Of a stretch of DNA of 64,000 bases, positions 28,196 to 37,069 are shown one piece after another. The notes beneath the pieces are model-generated. The model ran no database searches, was not told the origin of the DNA, and worked only from the letters and a program-made list of their open reading frames with translations. The stretch's first letter is position 1, and each line of letters begins with the position of its first letter. This DNA is from a bacterium (lineage in GTDB: Bacteria; Patescibacteriota; Dojkabacteria; SC72). A program made the translations under genes and the position numbers. Where the stretch lies: assembly GCA_021463465.1 (NCBI GenBank), contig JAJTYH010000003.1, positions 351,942-415,941 of the forward strand, written 5' to 3'.

Positions 28196-28952
28196 CTCTT
28201 AGTTCCCGACCTGTTAACTTAATAAATACATCTTCGAGGTTCGCCTCACGTACTTTTATTTCCTTTTTAAATCCAGATTTAATGAGTTTATCGATCAGTT
28301 TGTCAGGTGTATCGAGCGCAATAATCTTTCCTTCGTCCATGATTCCAACGCGGTCGCACAAATATTGTGCTTCATCCATGTAATGAGTTGTAAGAACTAT
28401 TGTAATACCTGAATCTCTAAGCTCTTTGACAAGCTCCCATAGATTTCGTCTAGCTTGAGGATCAAGACCAGTAGTTGGTTCGTCTAAGAAAATAATCAAT
28501 GGTTTGTTGACCAGAGTAGTGGCAATTGAGAATCTTTGCTTCTGACCACCTGAGAGTTTTTTATAAACTGAAGTAGCTTTGTCACCTAATCCGACTTTTT
28601 TAAGTAGTTTGAGAGGGTCTGATGTTACGTCGTAAAGCCCGTTAAATAGTTCAATGATTTGTTTCAGATTCAAGTTGGGGTAAAAGCCCGATTCTTGGAG
28701 CTGAATACCAATAATCTCTTTGATTTTCTCTGGCTCCTTATTGATTGAAAAACCTTTAACTATAACATCTCCCTCGGTTTCATCTCGAAGTGTCTCAATA
28801 ATCTCAAGGGTTGTTGTTTTTCCGGCTCCGTTTGGACCTAACAATCCAAAAATTTCTCCTTCGTAAACTTGGAATGAAACACCTTTTACCGCGGTAAAAT
28901 CGTTGTATTTCTTGATTATATTTTTAACTTCAATGATAGTTTTCCTTGCCAT
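28188..28952 (-). CDS. ABC exporter ATPase (DrrA-like)
   Basis: GPNGAGKTT, LSGGQKQR, FLDEPTTGLDP, TTHYMDEA, LEDVF..LTG. Confidence 0.92.
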   Translation of the reverse strand: MARKTIIEVKNIIKKYNDFTAVKGVSFQVYEGEIFGLLGPNGAGKTTTLEIIETLRDETEGDVIVKGFSINKEPEKIKEIIGIQLQESGFYPNLNLKQIIELFNGLYDVTSDPLKLLKKVGLGDKATSVYKKLSGGQKQRFSIATTLVNKPLIIFLDEPTTGLDPQARRNLWELVKELRDSGITIVLTTHYMDEAQYLCDRVGIMDEGKIIALDTPDKLIDKLIKSGFKKEIKVREANLEDVFIKLTGRELRDE

Positions 28953-29013
28953 GCGCCTGGGAATGTTAGCTCAAAATCCGCCCACTGGCAATCGGTATTC
29001 TGTATAATTGTGT

Positions 29014-29880
29014 ATGGATTTGAAATTTACACAGAACTTTCTGACAAATGAGCCTTTAGTTAAAAGGTTGGTTGAAACTTCAAATATTGCGCAAGGGGAT
29101 ATTGTTGTGGAGATTGGAGGTGGGAAAGGTGCCATAACCAAGCATTTGGTTGAAAAGGTTGGTGGCACTGGGAAAGTTATTGTTGTGGAATTAGATGCTC
29201 AATTGGCTAAGCAACTGCGTGAAAAGTTCAACAATGTTGAAATATTACAACAAGATGTTAGGGACTTTGAGTGGCCAAATAAATACTTCAAGGTATTTTC
29301 AAATATTCCTTTTAATATTACTTCGAACATCTTCAATTCATTGTTAAACCCTGAATTAGAACTTCATACCGCTTATTTAATTATGCAAGAAGAAGCTGCT
29401 TTGATGTATGGAGGTAGGGCAATTGGATCTTCAGTAGAAACTCTGAAGTCTTTCTTAGGTGCGCCTTTCTATGACTTTACAGTCGTTCATAAGTTTATTG
29501 CATCTGATTTCTCTCCCAGACCCAACGTTGATGTTGTTTGTTTAAAAGTTGAACGAAAGACTTCACCGCTTGTTTCTTTAGAGAGATTTGAAAAATATTG
29601 TGACTTTTTAGCTTTTGTGATCTCAAGCCCTTACGGTAGAGGTAATTGGGAGAAACTTTTTACTTCTAAACAACTGCAATACATGTCAAAGCTGTATAAA
29701 CTTAAGTTTGGTGTAGGCATGAGTGGACAACCTCAGGATGCAGTAATAGGGTCCTTTCTGTCTTTTTTGGAGAAGGTGTCAGAGTTAAATAAGAAAAAAG
29801 TTGATGGAGCATTTTCTACTCTTCAATATCAACAAATGAAACTGTCAAAGATTAATAGGACTCGCGCTACAGGATATTGA
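29014..29880 (+). CDS. rRNA adenine N6-methyltransferase, Erm-like (Erm/KsgA family)
   Basis: FTQNFL, VVEIGGGKG, FKVFSNIPFNITS, FSPRPNVD, LFTSKQ; TATAAT 5 nt before the ATG. Confidence 0.85.
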   Translation: MDLKFTQNFLTNEPLVKRLVETSNIAQGDIVVEIGGGKGAITKHLVEKVGGTGKVIVVELDAQLAKQLREKFNNVEILQQDVRDFEWPNKYFKVFSNIPFNITSNIFNSLLNPELELHTAYLIMQEEAALMYGGRAIGSSVETLKSFLGAPFYDFTVVHKFIASDFSPRPNVDVVCLKVERKTSPLVSLERFEKYCDFLAFVISSPYGRGNWEKLFTSKQLQYMSKLYKLKFGVGMSGQPQDAVIGSFLSFLEKVSELNKKKVDGAFSTLQYQQMKLSKINRTRATGY

Positions 29881-29933
29881 AGTTTCTTGCCAGTTGGTAT
29901 ACGCTGTATACTAGTAATATATCCGATTTAAAT

Positions 29934-30284
29934 ATGGCTAAACCCTCAGTCAACTTTCTACGATCAGAAAACCTCGAATTTAATACTGGAATTGACCTGA
30001 ATCGTGAATTGGTGAATCATCCTCTCTCTACATTTTTTCTCAGAGTCGCTGATGAAATCCCTGGAGAAGATTCAATTATAAGAGGTGATGTATTGGTAGT
30101 TGACCGTTCTGAAGTCTTAGTTGAGGGTAAAAACTTAGTTTATTCTGACGGTGATAGATTGCTTTGGGGGCAAGTAATCAAAAAGGTCGACGGTTTTTGG
30201 ATTAGGAGAGGTGAACAGTATTTCAAATTGAATGAAGAAACTGAAGTGTGGGGTAATATAACTTATATTATTCGCAAAGTATGA
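29934..30284 (+). CDS. umuD: UmuD-like S24-fold protein lacking catalytic residues
   Basis: IDLNRELVNHP.STFFLRV...I..GDVLVVDRS...VWG.IT; directly upstream of umuC with ATGA overlap. Confidence 0.75.
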   Translation: MAKPSVNFLRSENLEFNTGIDLNRELVNHPLSTFFLRVADEIPGEDSIIRGDVLVVDRSEVLVEGKNLVYSDGDRLLWGQVIKKVDGFWIRRGEQYFKLNEETEVWGNITYIIRKV

Positions 30285-31513
30285 AAAAAGTCTTTATGTT
30301 AGTTGATTGCAATAATTTTTTTGTGTCATGTGAGCGGGTTTTCAATCCGAAATTGCGAAGTGTCCCCACAGTAGTACTTTCAAATAATGAAGCCTGTGTT
30401 ATTGCCAGATCTAATGAAGCGAAGGATATAGGGATAAAGATGGCTGAGCCAGTCTTTAAGTGCCGCGATATCCTGAATTTCTTTGATGTGAAATGTTTTT
30501 CTACTAATTTCGCTCTTTATGGAGATTTATCTTCTAGGGTTATGAGGATTTTGGAAAGTTTTTCACCTAAAGTTGAAAGCTACTCTGTCGACGAAGCCTT
30601 CTTAGATATCACGGATTTAGAAGAGGCTAACTACTTCGATTTTGGTAAAGCTGTAGGGGATCGGGTTTACAAATATGTCGGCATACCCGTTTCCGTAGGT
30701 ATTGCGCCTACTAAAACCCTAGCCAAGATTGCATCCAAACAAGCCAAAAGAAGTGGAGGAGTTTGTGTCCTTTTAGAAGGGGTCAATACAGTTTTGAAAG
30801 CTACACCTGTAGGGGAAGTGTGGGGTATTGGTTGGGCTTCAACCAAGAAGCTAAGGCAAAATAGCGTTCATACCGCTTATGATTTCGTCAATCAAAAACC
30901 TTCATGGATTGTAAATCGGTTTGGTGTGGGAGGAGCTCGGACTTACTGGGAACTTAAAGGCAAGAGTGTCTCTGAAGTAAATAATGCTAAAGCTTTGCCT
31001 AAATCTATGGCTCACACGCGCTCTTTTAAGAATCCAATTACCGAGAAATCTGAAATGCGCAAACGTCTAGTTAATTTTGCGAGTAGCGTAGCTGCGGCCT
31101 TGAGGGCAGACAATCTTTTATGCCATGAGGTTATTGTTTTTCTTAAAGGAGATAAAAACCGTGACGTCTACTATTCTAACGGCGTCACCTTGCCGTTGGA
31201 AAATTACAGTAACCTGCGAACTGACATTGTGAAGTTGGTTGGGAAAGGATTGGATCGTTTGTTCAAATCCGGTGAAAGGTATAAAAGAGCTGGGATTGTA
31301 GCGATTAATATCATCTCATCTAAAGATAATAATTCGCTCTTTGAGAACAATACAAAACGAAAGGAAGTTGCAGAACGTGCGGTCGATCTCTTAAATGCTA
31401 AATGGGGGCGAACAATTACGGTGGCTTCAGATATGTTGGTGAAACCAGAGAAAACGTTTAGCAGGAGTCCTGAGTTCACTACTAAGTGGCAGGAGTTGGC
31501 TTTAGTTTTTTGA
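30281..31513 (+). CDS. umuC: Y-family DNA polymerase V subunit UmuC
   Basis: LVDCNNFFVSCER.F.P, VVLSNN, ARS.EAK, YSVDEAF, TKTLAK, SPEFTT.W.EL. Confidence 0.95.
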   Translation: MKKVFMLVDCNNFFVSCERVFNPKLRSVPTVVLSNNEACVIARSNEAKDIGIKMAEPVFKCRDILNFFDVKCFSTNFALYGDLSSRVMRILESFSPKVESYSVDEAFLDITDLEEANYFDFGKAVGDRVYKYVGIPVSVGIAPTKTLAKIASKQAKRSGGVCVLLEGVNTVLKATPVGEVWGIGWASTKKLRQNSVHTAYDFVNQKPSWIVNRFGVGGARTYWELKGKSVSEVNNAKALPKSMAHTRSFKNPITEKSEMRKRLVNFASSVAAALRADNLLCHEVIVFLKGDKNRDVYYSNGVTLPLENYSNLRTDIVKLVGKGLDRLFKSGERYKRAGIVAINIISSKDNNSLFENNTKRKEVAERAVDLLNAKWGRTITVASDMLVKPEKTFSRSPEFTTKWQELALVF

Positions 31514-32522
31514 ACGATCGAAAAACAAATAGACCAAGTAGTGCTGGTAACCATAAAGTCATTATTCGATATGAAAGAATTGCGACCACAGCATGTTCTG
31601 AGGGTACCCCTATTGATACGGCTGTAATCTGAGCTAATCCTTCGACTATACCAACACCTTGGGGAGTTGGTGAGACTGAAGAGAATAAGACAATAGTCCC
31701 ATAAATAGCTATTACAATCTCGATTGCTGGTGAATCCCCATAAGCCTTGAAAGCGATAGCTAGGATTAGGATATTGAGTAAGTGATAGAGCAAAGACAAA
31801 GGAAGTGAACCTAAGAACTTTGAAAGTGAGTGACTGAAGTTTCCTGAAGCCTTTTGTACCTCATGAATGTATCCGGATAGTTTGGTTGTATTGATAAGTG
31901 ATTTCCGAAGTACTGGTTTGAAAAGAATGTTTGAAAAGTTACCTGCAAAAGTTGCGGCTTTAATGCTGAATTGCGGAAGAAGAAGTATAAAAGAAATTAC
32001 CCCGATTATTACCAGATTGATGATTAAAAGCACTTGAGAGGCTATTATTTGATAGTCATTTAAGTGATTGGTTAAGTTAAGATACCAGAGTGTTGTTCCA
32101 AGCACTGGGGAAAATGCAATACTGATTGAAAGCTGTGCTGCAAAGATAGAGAAGATACTACGCATGTAATTGTTGCCTTGATCGACAAGGCGTTTGACCA
32201 TATAGGCTGTAGCTCCCGTTGCTCCTAAAGGGTTAGATATTGTTACAAAAGAGTTGATAATGATTTCTGGTAGTAATTTCCCCAGGTTCACTGTTTGTGC
32301 AAAAATCGCGAAGTTTGATCTAAAAATCATTGTTGTAACACTGAGGTTTCCCATCGCTAATAGGACTCCCCAACCTAACAGGACATAATCCGCCTCCCTT
32401 ATCGTATTTAAAATCTTCTGGTAATCACCTGCACTGCGATAAAGTAACCAGAGGAAGAATAGTATGACTCCCCATGAAATAGCAGTTTTTAATACCTTTT
32501 TGATTAAAACGGAAATTTTCAT
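31482..32522 (-). CDS. Lysylphosphatidylglycerol synthase TM / flippase-like membrane protein
   Basis: Multi-TM, SPTPQGVGIVE...AILSYR..TLWLP. Confidence 0.8.
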   Translation of the reverse strand: MKISVLIKKVLKTAISWGVILFFLWLLYRSAGDYQKILNTIREADYVLLGWGVLLAMGNLSVTTMIFRSNFAIFAQTVNLGKLLPEIIINSFVTISNPLGATGATAYMVKRLVDQGNNYMRSIFSIFAAQLSISIAFSPVLGTTLWYLNLTNHLNDYQIIASQVLLIINLVIIGVISFILLLPQFSIKAATFAGNFSNILFKPVLRKSLINTTKLSGYIHEVQKASGNFSHSLSKFLGSLPLSLLYHLLNILILAIAFKAYGDSPAIEIVIAIYGTIVLFSSVSPTPQGVGIVEGLAQITAVSIGVPSEHAVVAILSYRIMTLWLPALLGLFVFRSFKKLKPTPAT

Positions 32523-32559
32523 TTTTTCAGTATAGCGATAAAAGAGAGGTGAGTAAAAG

Positions 32560-33243
32560 TTAGCGGGTACCTCGGATTACAAGTAATTTTTTGGTGTCAG
32601 GATTTAAAACCGGCTTGCCGTCTTGAATATAATTTAGTTTGAAACCCGATGTTTTAAGTAGGCGCTCAAGTTTTGTGAAATTAGTTCCGGGGTGATACTC
32701 CACGGCAATATTTTTGATTAAAGAGAGTTTCGAAGAAACTTCGTTGAGCACATTTAATTCATTGCCCTCTATATCAAGCTTCAGAATATCGAATTCTGTT
32801 TCAATGTATTTTGATAAGGGCTCCGTCACAATTTTTATCGGAGATGTTAATGTGTTCGCATTCCACCCTCCGTGTTTGAGGCCACCTGTTGAGAGCCAAG
32901 CGTCTTCTGTCGGATCAGTATGAAAGTCTTTTTCGCCTGGGGTGCTGTCGACTCCAATATTTAATAGGGTAACGCCTTCAATCTTGTTTACGAATATGTT
33001 CTCTTCAAGGATGGAAAAGAGTTTTGGATTGGGTTCAAAGGCTGTTATTTGTGAATCGGGAAATTCTCGTTTGAAAAAGAGTGTAGCCAAACCTACATGT
33101 GCACCGACGTCCAAAATTTTCGGTGTTGAACTTTGGATTGGAAAATCATAGATACGATTATTAAAAATTTCGTTCTTTAAGATATGATACTCCTGTGAGT
33201 TGGTCGATGTGATGTGATATTTATATAGGTTCGTTGTGAACAT
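32560..33243 (-). CDS. FkbM-family methyltransferase
   Basis: ILDVGAHVG, AFEPNP, LKLDIEG.E, VEYH. Confidence 0.9.
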   Translation of the reverse strand: MFTTNLYKYHITSTNSQEYHILKNEIFNNRIYDFPIQSSTPKILDVGAHVGLATLFFKREFPDSQITAFEPNPKLFSILEENIFVNKIEGVTLLNIGVDSTPGEKDFHTDPTEDAWLSTGGLKHGGWNANTLTSPIKIVTEPLSKYIETEFDILKLDIEGNELNVLNEVSSKLSLIKNIAVEYHPGTNFTKLERLLKTSGFKLNYIQDGKPVLNPDTKKLLVIRGTR

Positions 33244-33286
33244 ACCGTATTTTATTGTATTGTTCTAGATATGTAAAAAAGAAATT

Positions 33287-34924
33287 ATGCGGATTAGTTA
33301 CACGGATACAACCAAACCAGAAGAAAAACCAAAGAGTCAAGTCAAGCTTAGGCACTTTCTTGTGGTCTTTGCTTCTGCGTTTTTAATAACTTTCCTTTGG
33401 TTAGGAGGAAGCGAAGCTTTAAAAACTCCTAGATTTGTTAAACCTTATGAGACTTTCTCTTTGGAACTTCCGTCTGACTTACCAGCAGAAATTAAAACAA
33501 AATTGGAGGAAGATCTGAGTAAGATTGCACTTGAGGGTAAACCTAGGTTCAGTTTTAGCAAGGAGGGTGAATTTGAATTAGGATTCTCTGCTGGGTCAGG
33601 CATTTTGAATTATTATGTTGTGCCAGTGGCACATTTGTACGCAATTGTTGATGATTTTAATCCTGCAAAGCAAAAGATGGTGTTTAGCTCATCTTTACCG
33701 ACTCAAGTAAAGCACTTGCTCTTAGAAGACTATCCTCAAGCTAAAGAAGTCGAAGATATAGATAAGGTTTTAGATGAAGCTGGGAAGACCGTGGCTTTAG
33801 TGGAAGTTAAGACACTCAAGGCTACAAACAAATTGCTTAAATTTGAGGGTAAGTATTTTTTGGATGATAACAACGGATCTCTGGTTTACAGCTTAGGTAT
33901 TAAATCTGGTAACACTTTTGTGTCGGATTTAATTAGGCGTAATGTTGTTGGGCTTAAAGAGTTCGCTTTTGACACAAGTACCATCTCAAAAGTTAATCAA
34001 ACGGGAGTAACTGCAATTACCAGGGCTTTAGCAAAAAAGATTGATGCAAGCGGAGATTTCGCATATCCGGCTAAAAAGATTTCGGAGTTTTTAAAAGATG
34101 TGGATATTACTCATGTGAGTAATGAGATTTCATCGGTACCAGGGTGCGTTCCTACTGATGGGTTAAGGTTTTGTGCCAAACCAGAATATTTGAAGGTTTT
34201 AGAAGAGAGTGGTGTGGATGTAGTTGAGCTAACAGGGAATCACAATAACGATTATGGTGCCAGTTTTAACTTATCAACGATAAAGTCCTACGAAAAAATG
34301 GGTCTTAAGTATTTTGGTGGTGGAAAAGATAAGGAGGATGCAGCCAAAATTCTCTACCTTGAAAATAAGGGTACTAAATTAGCATTCATTGGTTATAACT
34401 ATTATGACACTATTTTAGGAACAGGGGCTTTGGCAGGTGAAGATAGAGCGGGGGCAAATATATACTCTGACAGGAAAATGGAGAAAGATATCCAGAAGGC
34501 CAGGAGCGAAGCAGATGTAGTGATTGTCGACTTCCAATTCCAAGAATGTTACTCGTACCCATCTTCGGATGTGATTTACCCTATCTGTTACAAGCCATTG
34601 GCTTCACCAGATCAGAAAGGTTTGTTTCGTAAAGCAGTTGATTATGGTGCTGATATTGTAGTAGGCACCCAGGCGCACCAGCCACAAACCTTTGAAGCAT
34701 ACAAAGGTAAATTGATATTTTACGGTTTAGGGAATCTGTTCTTCGATCAGATTAATTGGATTGGCACCCGACACGGTTTGATTCTCACCCATTATTTTTC
34801 AAAAGGTAAGTTGATACAAACCAAGTTAACAACTACCAATTACGACGGTGATATGCAGACATATGTTACAAAGGGGGCTCAAAGGGTTCAACTACTTAAT
34901 CTTATAAAAGTAGCTAGGGATTGA
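33287..34924 (+). CDS. CapA-family (metallophosphatase-fold) exported protein
   Basis: N-terminal TM; GNHNNDYG, GADIVVGTQAH.PQ, YGLGN.FFDQ. Confidence 0.85.
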   Translation: MRISYTDTTKPEEKPKSQVKLRHFLVVFASAFLITFLWLGGSEALKTPRFVKPYETFSLELPSDLPAEIKTKLEEDLSKIALEGKPRFSFSKEGEFELGFSAGSGILNYYVVPVAHLYAIVDDFNPAKQKMVFSSSLPTQVKHLLLEDYPQAKEVEDIDKVLDEAGKTVALVEVKTLKATNKLLKFEGKYFLDDNNGSLVYSLGIKSGNTFVSDLIRRNVVGLKEFAFDTSTISKVNQTGVTAITRALAKKIDASGDFAYPAKKISEFLKDVDITHVSNEISSVPGCVPTDGLRFCAKPEYLKVLEESGVDVVELTGNHNNDYGASFNLSTIKSYEKMGLKYFGGGKDKEDAAKILYLENKGTKLAFIGYNYYDTILGTGALAGEDRAGANIYSDRKMEKDIQKARSEADVVIVDFQFQECYSYPSSDVIYPICYKPLASPDQKGLFRKAVDYGADIVVGTQAHQPQTFEAYKGKLIFYGLGNLFFDQINWIGTRHGLILTHYFSKGKLIQTKLTTTNYDGDMQTYVTKGAQRVQLLNLIKVARD

Positions 34925-35009
34925 TACTGATATCCTGGATTGTGCCTTCACTTTCCCATGATTTTGTTGTAAAATCGTCGACTTCCCTAATTTGTTATTA
35001 ATACATTAA

Positions 35010-35210
35010 TTGGTTGAGTTCTTACAAGGATTAAATCTAGATATTGCTCCGATGTATAAGTATTTAATCACGCTTTACTCTGGATTTTTGATTCTTGTTG
35101 TATTAACGAATATAACTGCTTTTTCTATGTACTATATATATAAATTTATTCCAATTCGACCTACGGTAAGAAGAAATGGTAAAAAAGTCCCAAATCAAAA
35201 AAAGTATTAG
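35010..35210 (+). CDS. Small single-TM hypothetical protein
   Basis: 66-aa ORF, hydrophobic core and basic tail; overlaps the next gene by 35 nt. Confidence 0.4.
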   Translation: MVEFLQGLNLDIAPMYKYLITLYSGFLILVVLTNITAFSMYYIYKFIPIRPTVRRNGKKVPNQKKY

Positions 35211-35805
35211 TATTAGCTTTGAAACAGTTATATTAATTATAATTGGCCTGTTCTCGCTGCTGTTTACAATTTATATCATTCTGAATGCCTATGAGCAGGT
35301 GTTTTTTCAAGATATAAGATACCTGCAGACCCTTAGGCGATTCAGAAACAACTTTGTATTGGAATTGATTGAACAGAAGATTTTTACAGCGGGTAGTGAT
35401 GTGAGTTTGCATGAAATAACCAAGGACAATTTCAGGTATATAAGTTTTCCATCTATCAATAGTAGTATTGAGGTTACTGCTTCTTTAAAAAAAGGTGATC
35501 AGTATTACATCAGGGGGAATAAAGCCCATGTGATTAGGAGGGAAAATAGTAATGACACACTTGTATATTTTGATGAGAAATGGAGAACAACATTAAGCAT
35601 GGATGAGCTTGATATAAATAGCCTTATTTTTCTATCATCAAATGATGTAAATTACCTCTTTAAAATTTCTAATATCGCAATTAAGACAGATGAATTTAAA
35701 ACTGATAGTGAGGAAAATCTAGTCCCTAAGCTTTTTATTGTTTGCGAGAATAGTAATAGGGTAAAAATAATTACTGCTGAATTAGTAAATGCAACAAGAA
35801 AATAA
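35176..35805 (+). CDS. Degenerate sortase-fold membrane protein (tentative)
   Basis: N-terminal TM; ISFPSIN...AH...LDINSLIFL...YLFKI...LFIVC...IITAEL follows the sortase strand pattern. Confidence 0.45.
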   Translation: MVKKSQIKKSISISFETVILIIIGLFSLLFTIYIILNAYEQVFFQDIRYLQTLRRFRNNFVLELIEQKIFTAGSDVSLHEITKDNFRYISFPSINSSIEVTASLKKGDQYYIRGNKAHVIRRENSNDTLVYFDEKWRTTLSMDELDINSLIFLSSNDVNYLFKISNIAIKTDEFKTDSEENLVPKLFIVCENSNRVKIITAELVNATRK

Positions 35806-35807
35806 CT

Positions 35808-37067
35808 ATGACAGGCGAATGGTTCGGAATATTTAGGAATTTAGCTCTCATCTTCGCAAATTTAATGCTTGTTAAGTACTTTATTTTCTTACTACTTGCA
35901 CCAATCTATAGAATACAAGAATTGATTAGGAGAAGGAGAACAGAATCCAACGCTCCCTCAAAACCTTACCTAGTATCAGTAGTTATACCTGCCTGGAATG
36001 AAGAAGTTGGAGTTTTAAAAACTGTTAGGACTGTTTTAAACAATACTTACGAAAATGTTGAGATTGTAATTATAAATGATGGATCAACTGATGACACCTC
36101 GGGAAAAGTTCGCGCATTTATTAAGCTTTTTAGGAGACTTAAAGTATTCCATCCATGGAGGAGAAAAAGAATCAAGTTCATAGATTACAAGCGCAACGGT
36201 GGAAAAGGAAAGGCATTAAATAAAGGAATAGAAAACTCAACTGGTGAAATTGTGCTGACTATTGATGCGGACTCAGTTTTAGAAAGAAATGCAATTGAAA
36301 ATTTAGTAAGGTATTACTACGATGATAAGATTGATGGAGTTGTTGGTAATGTAGTAGTCGCCAATTCCAGGTCAATTATCGGTATAACACAGAAGCTTGA
36401 GTACATGTTTGGGTTCTACTTTAAAAGATCTCATGCTGTCATGGGTGCGGAGTATATTTTTGGTGGAGCTTGTGCATCTTTTAGGCGTAAGGTATTTAAA
36501 AAAATCGGATTATATGATGAGAAAAATAAAACTGAAGATATTGAGATGACAATGAGATTTCGTTTCCATGGGTATAATTGTACATATGCAGAGGATGTGG
36601 TTTGTTTTACTGAAGGTGCTTCAGATGTAGTTGGTCTCATAAGACAAAGAGAAAGGTGGAAAAAAGGACGAATGGATACTTTTATAAAATATAGAAATAT
36701 GTTCTTTAGCACTGACAAAAAACATAATAAACCTCTAACCTTCTTTGTTCTCCCGTTTGCATTATTGTCTGAATTTCAACTGTTACTTGAACCAATATCT
36801 ATTGCACTGTTAATAACTTATTCTTTTGTGGCGCTAGACTTTCTTTCTTTAGCCTTCGGGATTCTGTTTACTTTTGTACTTTACTTAGTGAATGGCATTT
36901 TTAGTGGCAAGGGAATAAATTTAAAGTTACTGATACTATTCCCTTTTACATGGCCTTTCTTTTATTTTCTTATATGGATAGAATTTGTAGCGCTGATTGG
37001 AAGCGTTACTATGGTCTTAAAGGGACAAGAGATTGTGTGGCAAAAGTGGGATAGAAAAGGGATTTAA
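35808..37067 (+). CDS. Processive GT2 glycosyltransferase (PgaC/IcaA-like)
   Basis: IPAWNEE, NDGSTD, GKGKALN, DADS, TED, QRERW and C-terminal TMs. Confidence 0.9.
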   Translation: MTGEWFGIFRNLALIFANLMLVKYFIFLLLAPIYRIQELIRRRRTESNAPSKPYLVSVVIPAWNEEVGVLKTVRTVLNNTYENVEIVIINDGSTDDTSGKVRAFIKLFRRLKVFHPWRRKRIKFIDYKRNGGKGKALNKGIENSTGEIVLTIDADSVLERNAIENLVRYYYDDKIDGVVGNVVVANSRSIIGITQKLEYMFGFYFKRSHAVMGAEYIFGGACASFRRKVFKKIGLYDEKNKTEDIEMTMRFRFHGYNCTYAEDVVCFTEGASDVVGLIRQRERWKKGRMDTFIKYRNMFFSTDKKHNKPLTFFVLPFALLSEFQLLLEPISIALLITYSFVALDFLSLAFGILFTFVLYLVNGIFSGKGINLKLLILFPFTWPFFYFLIWIEFVALIGSVTMVLKGQEIVWQKWDRKGI

Positions 37068-37069
37068 AA

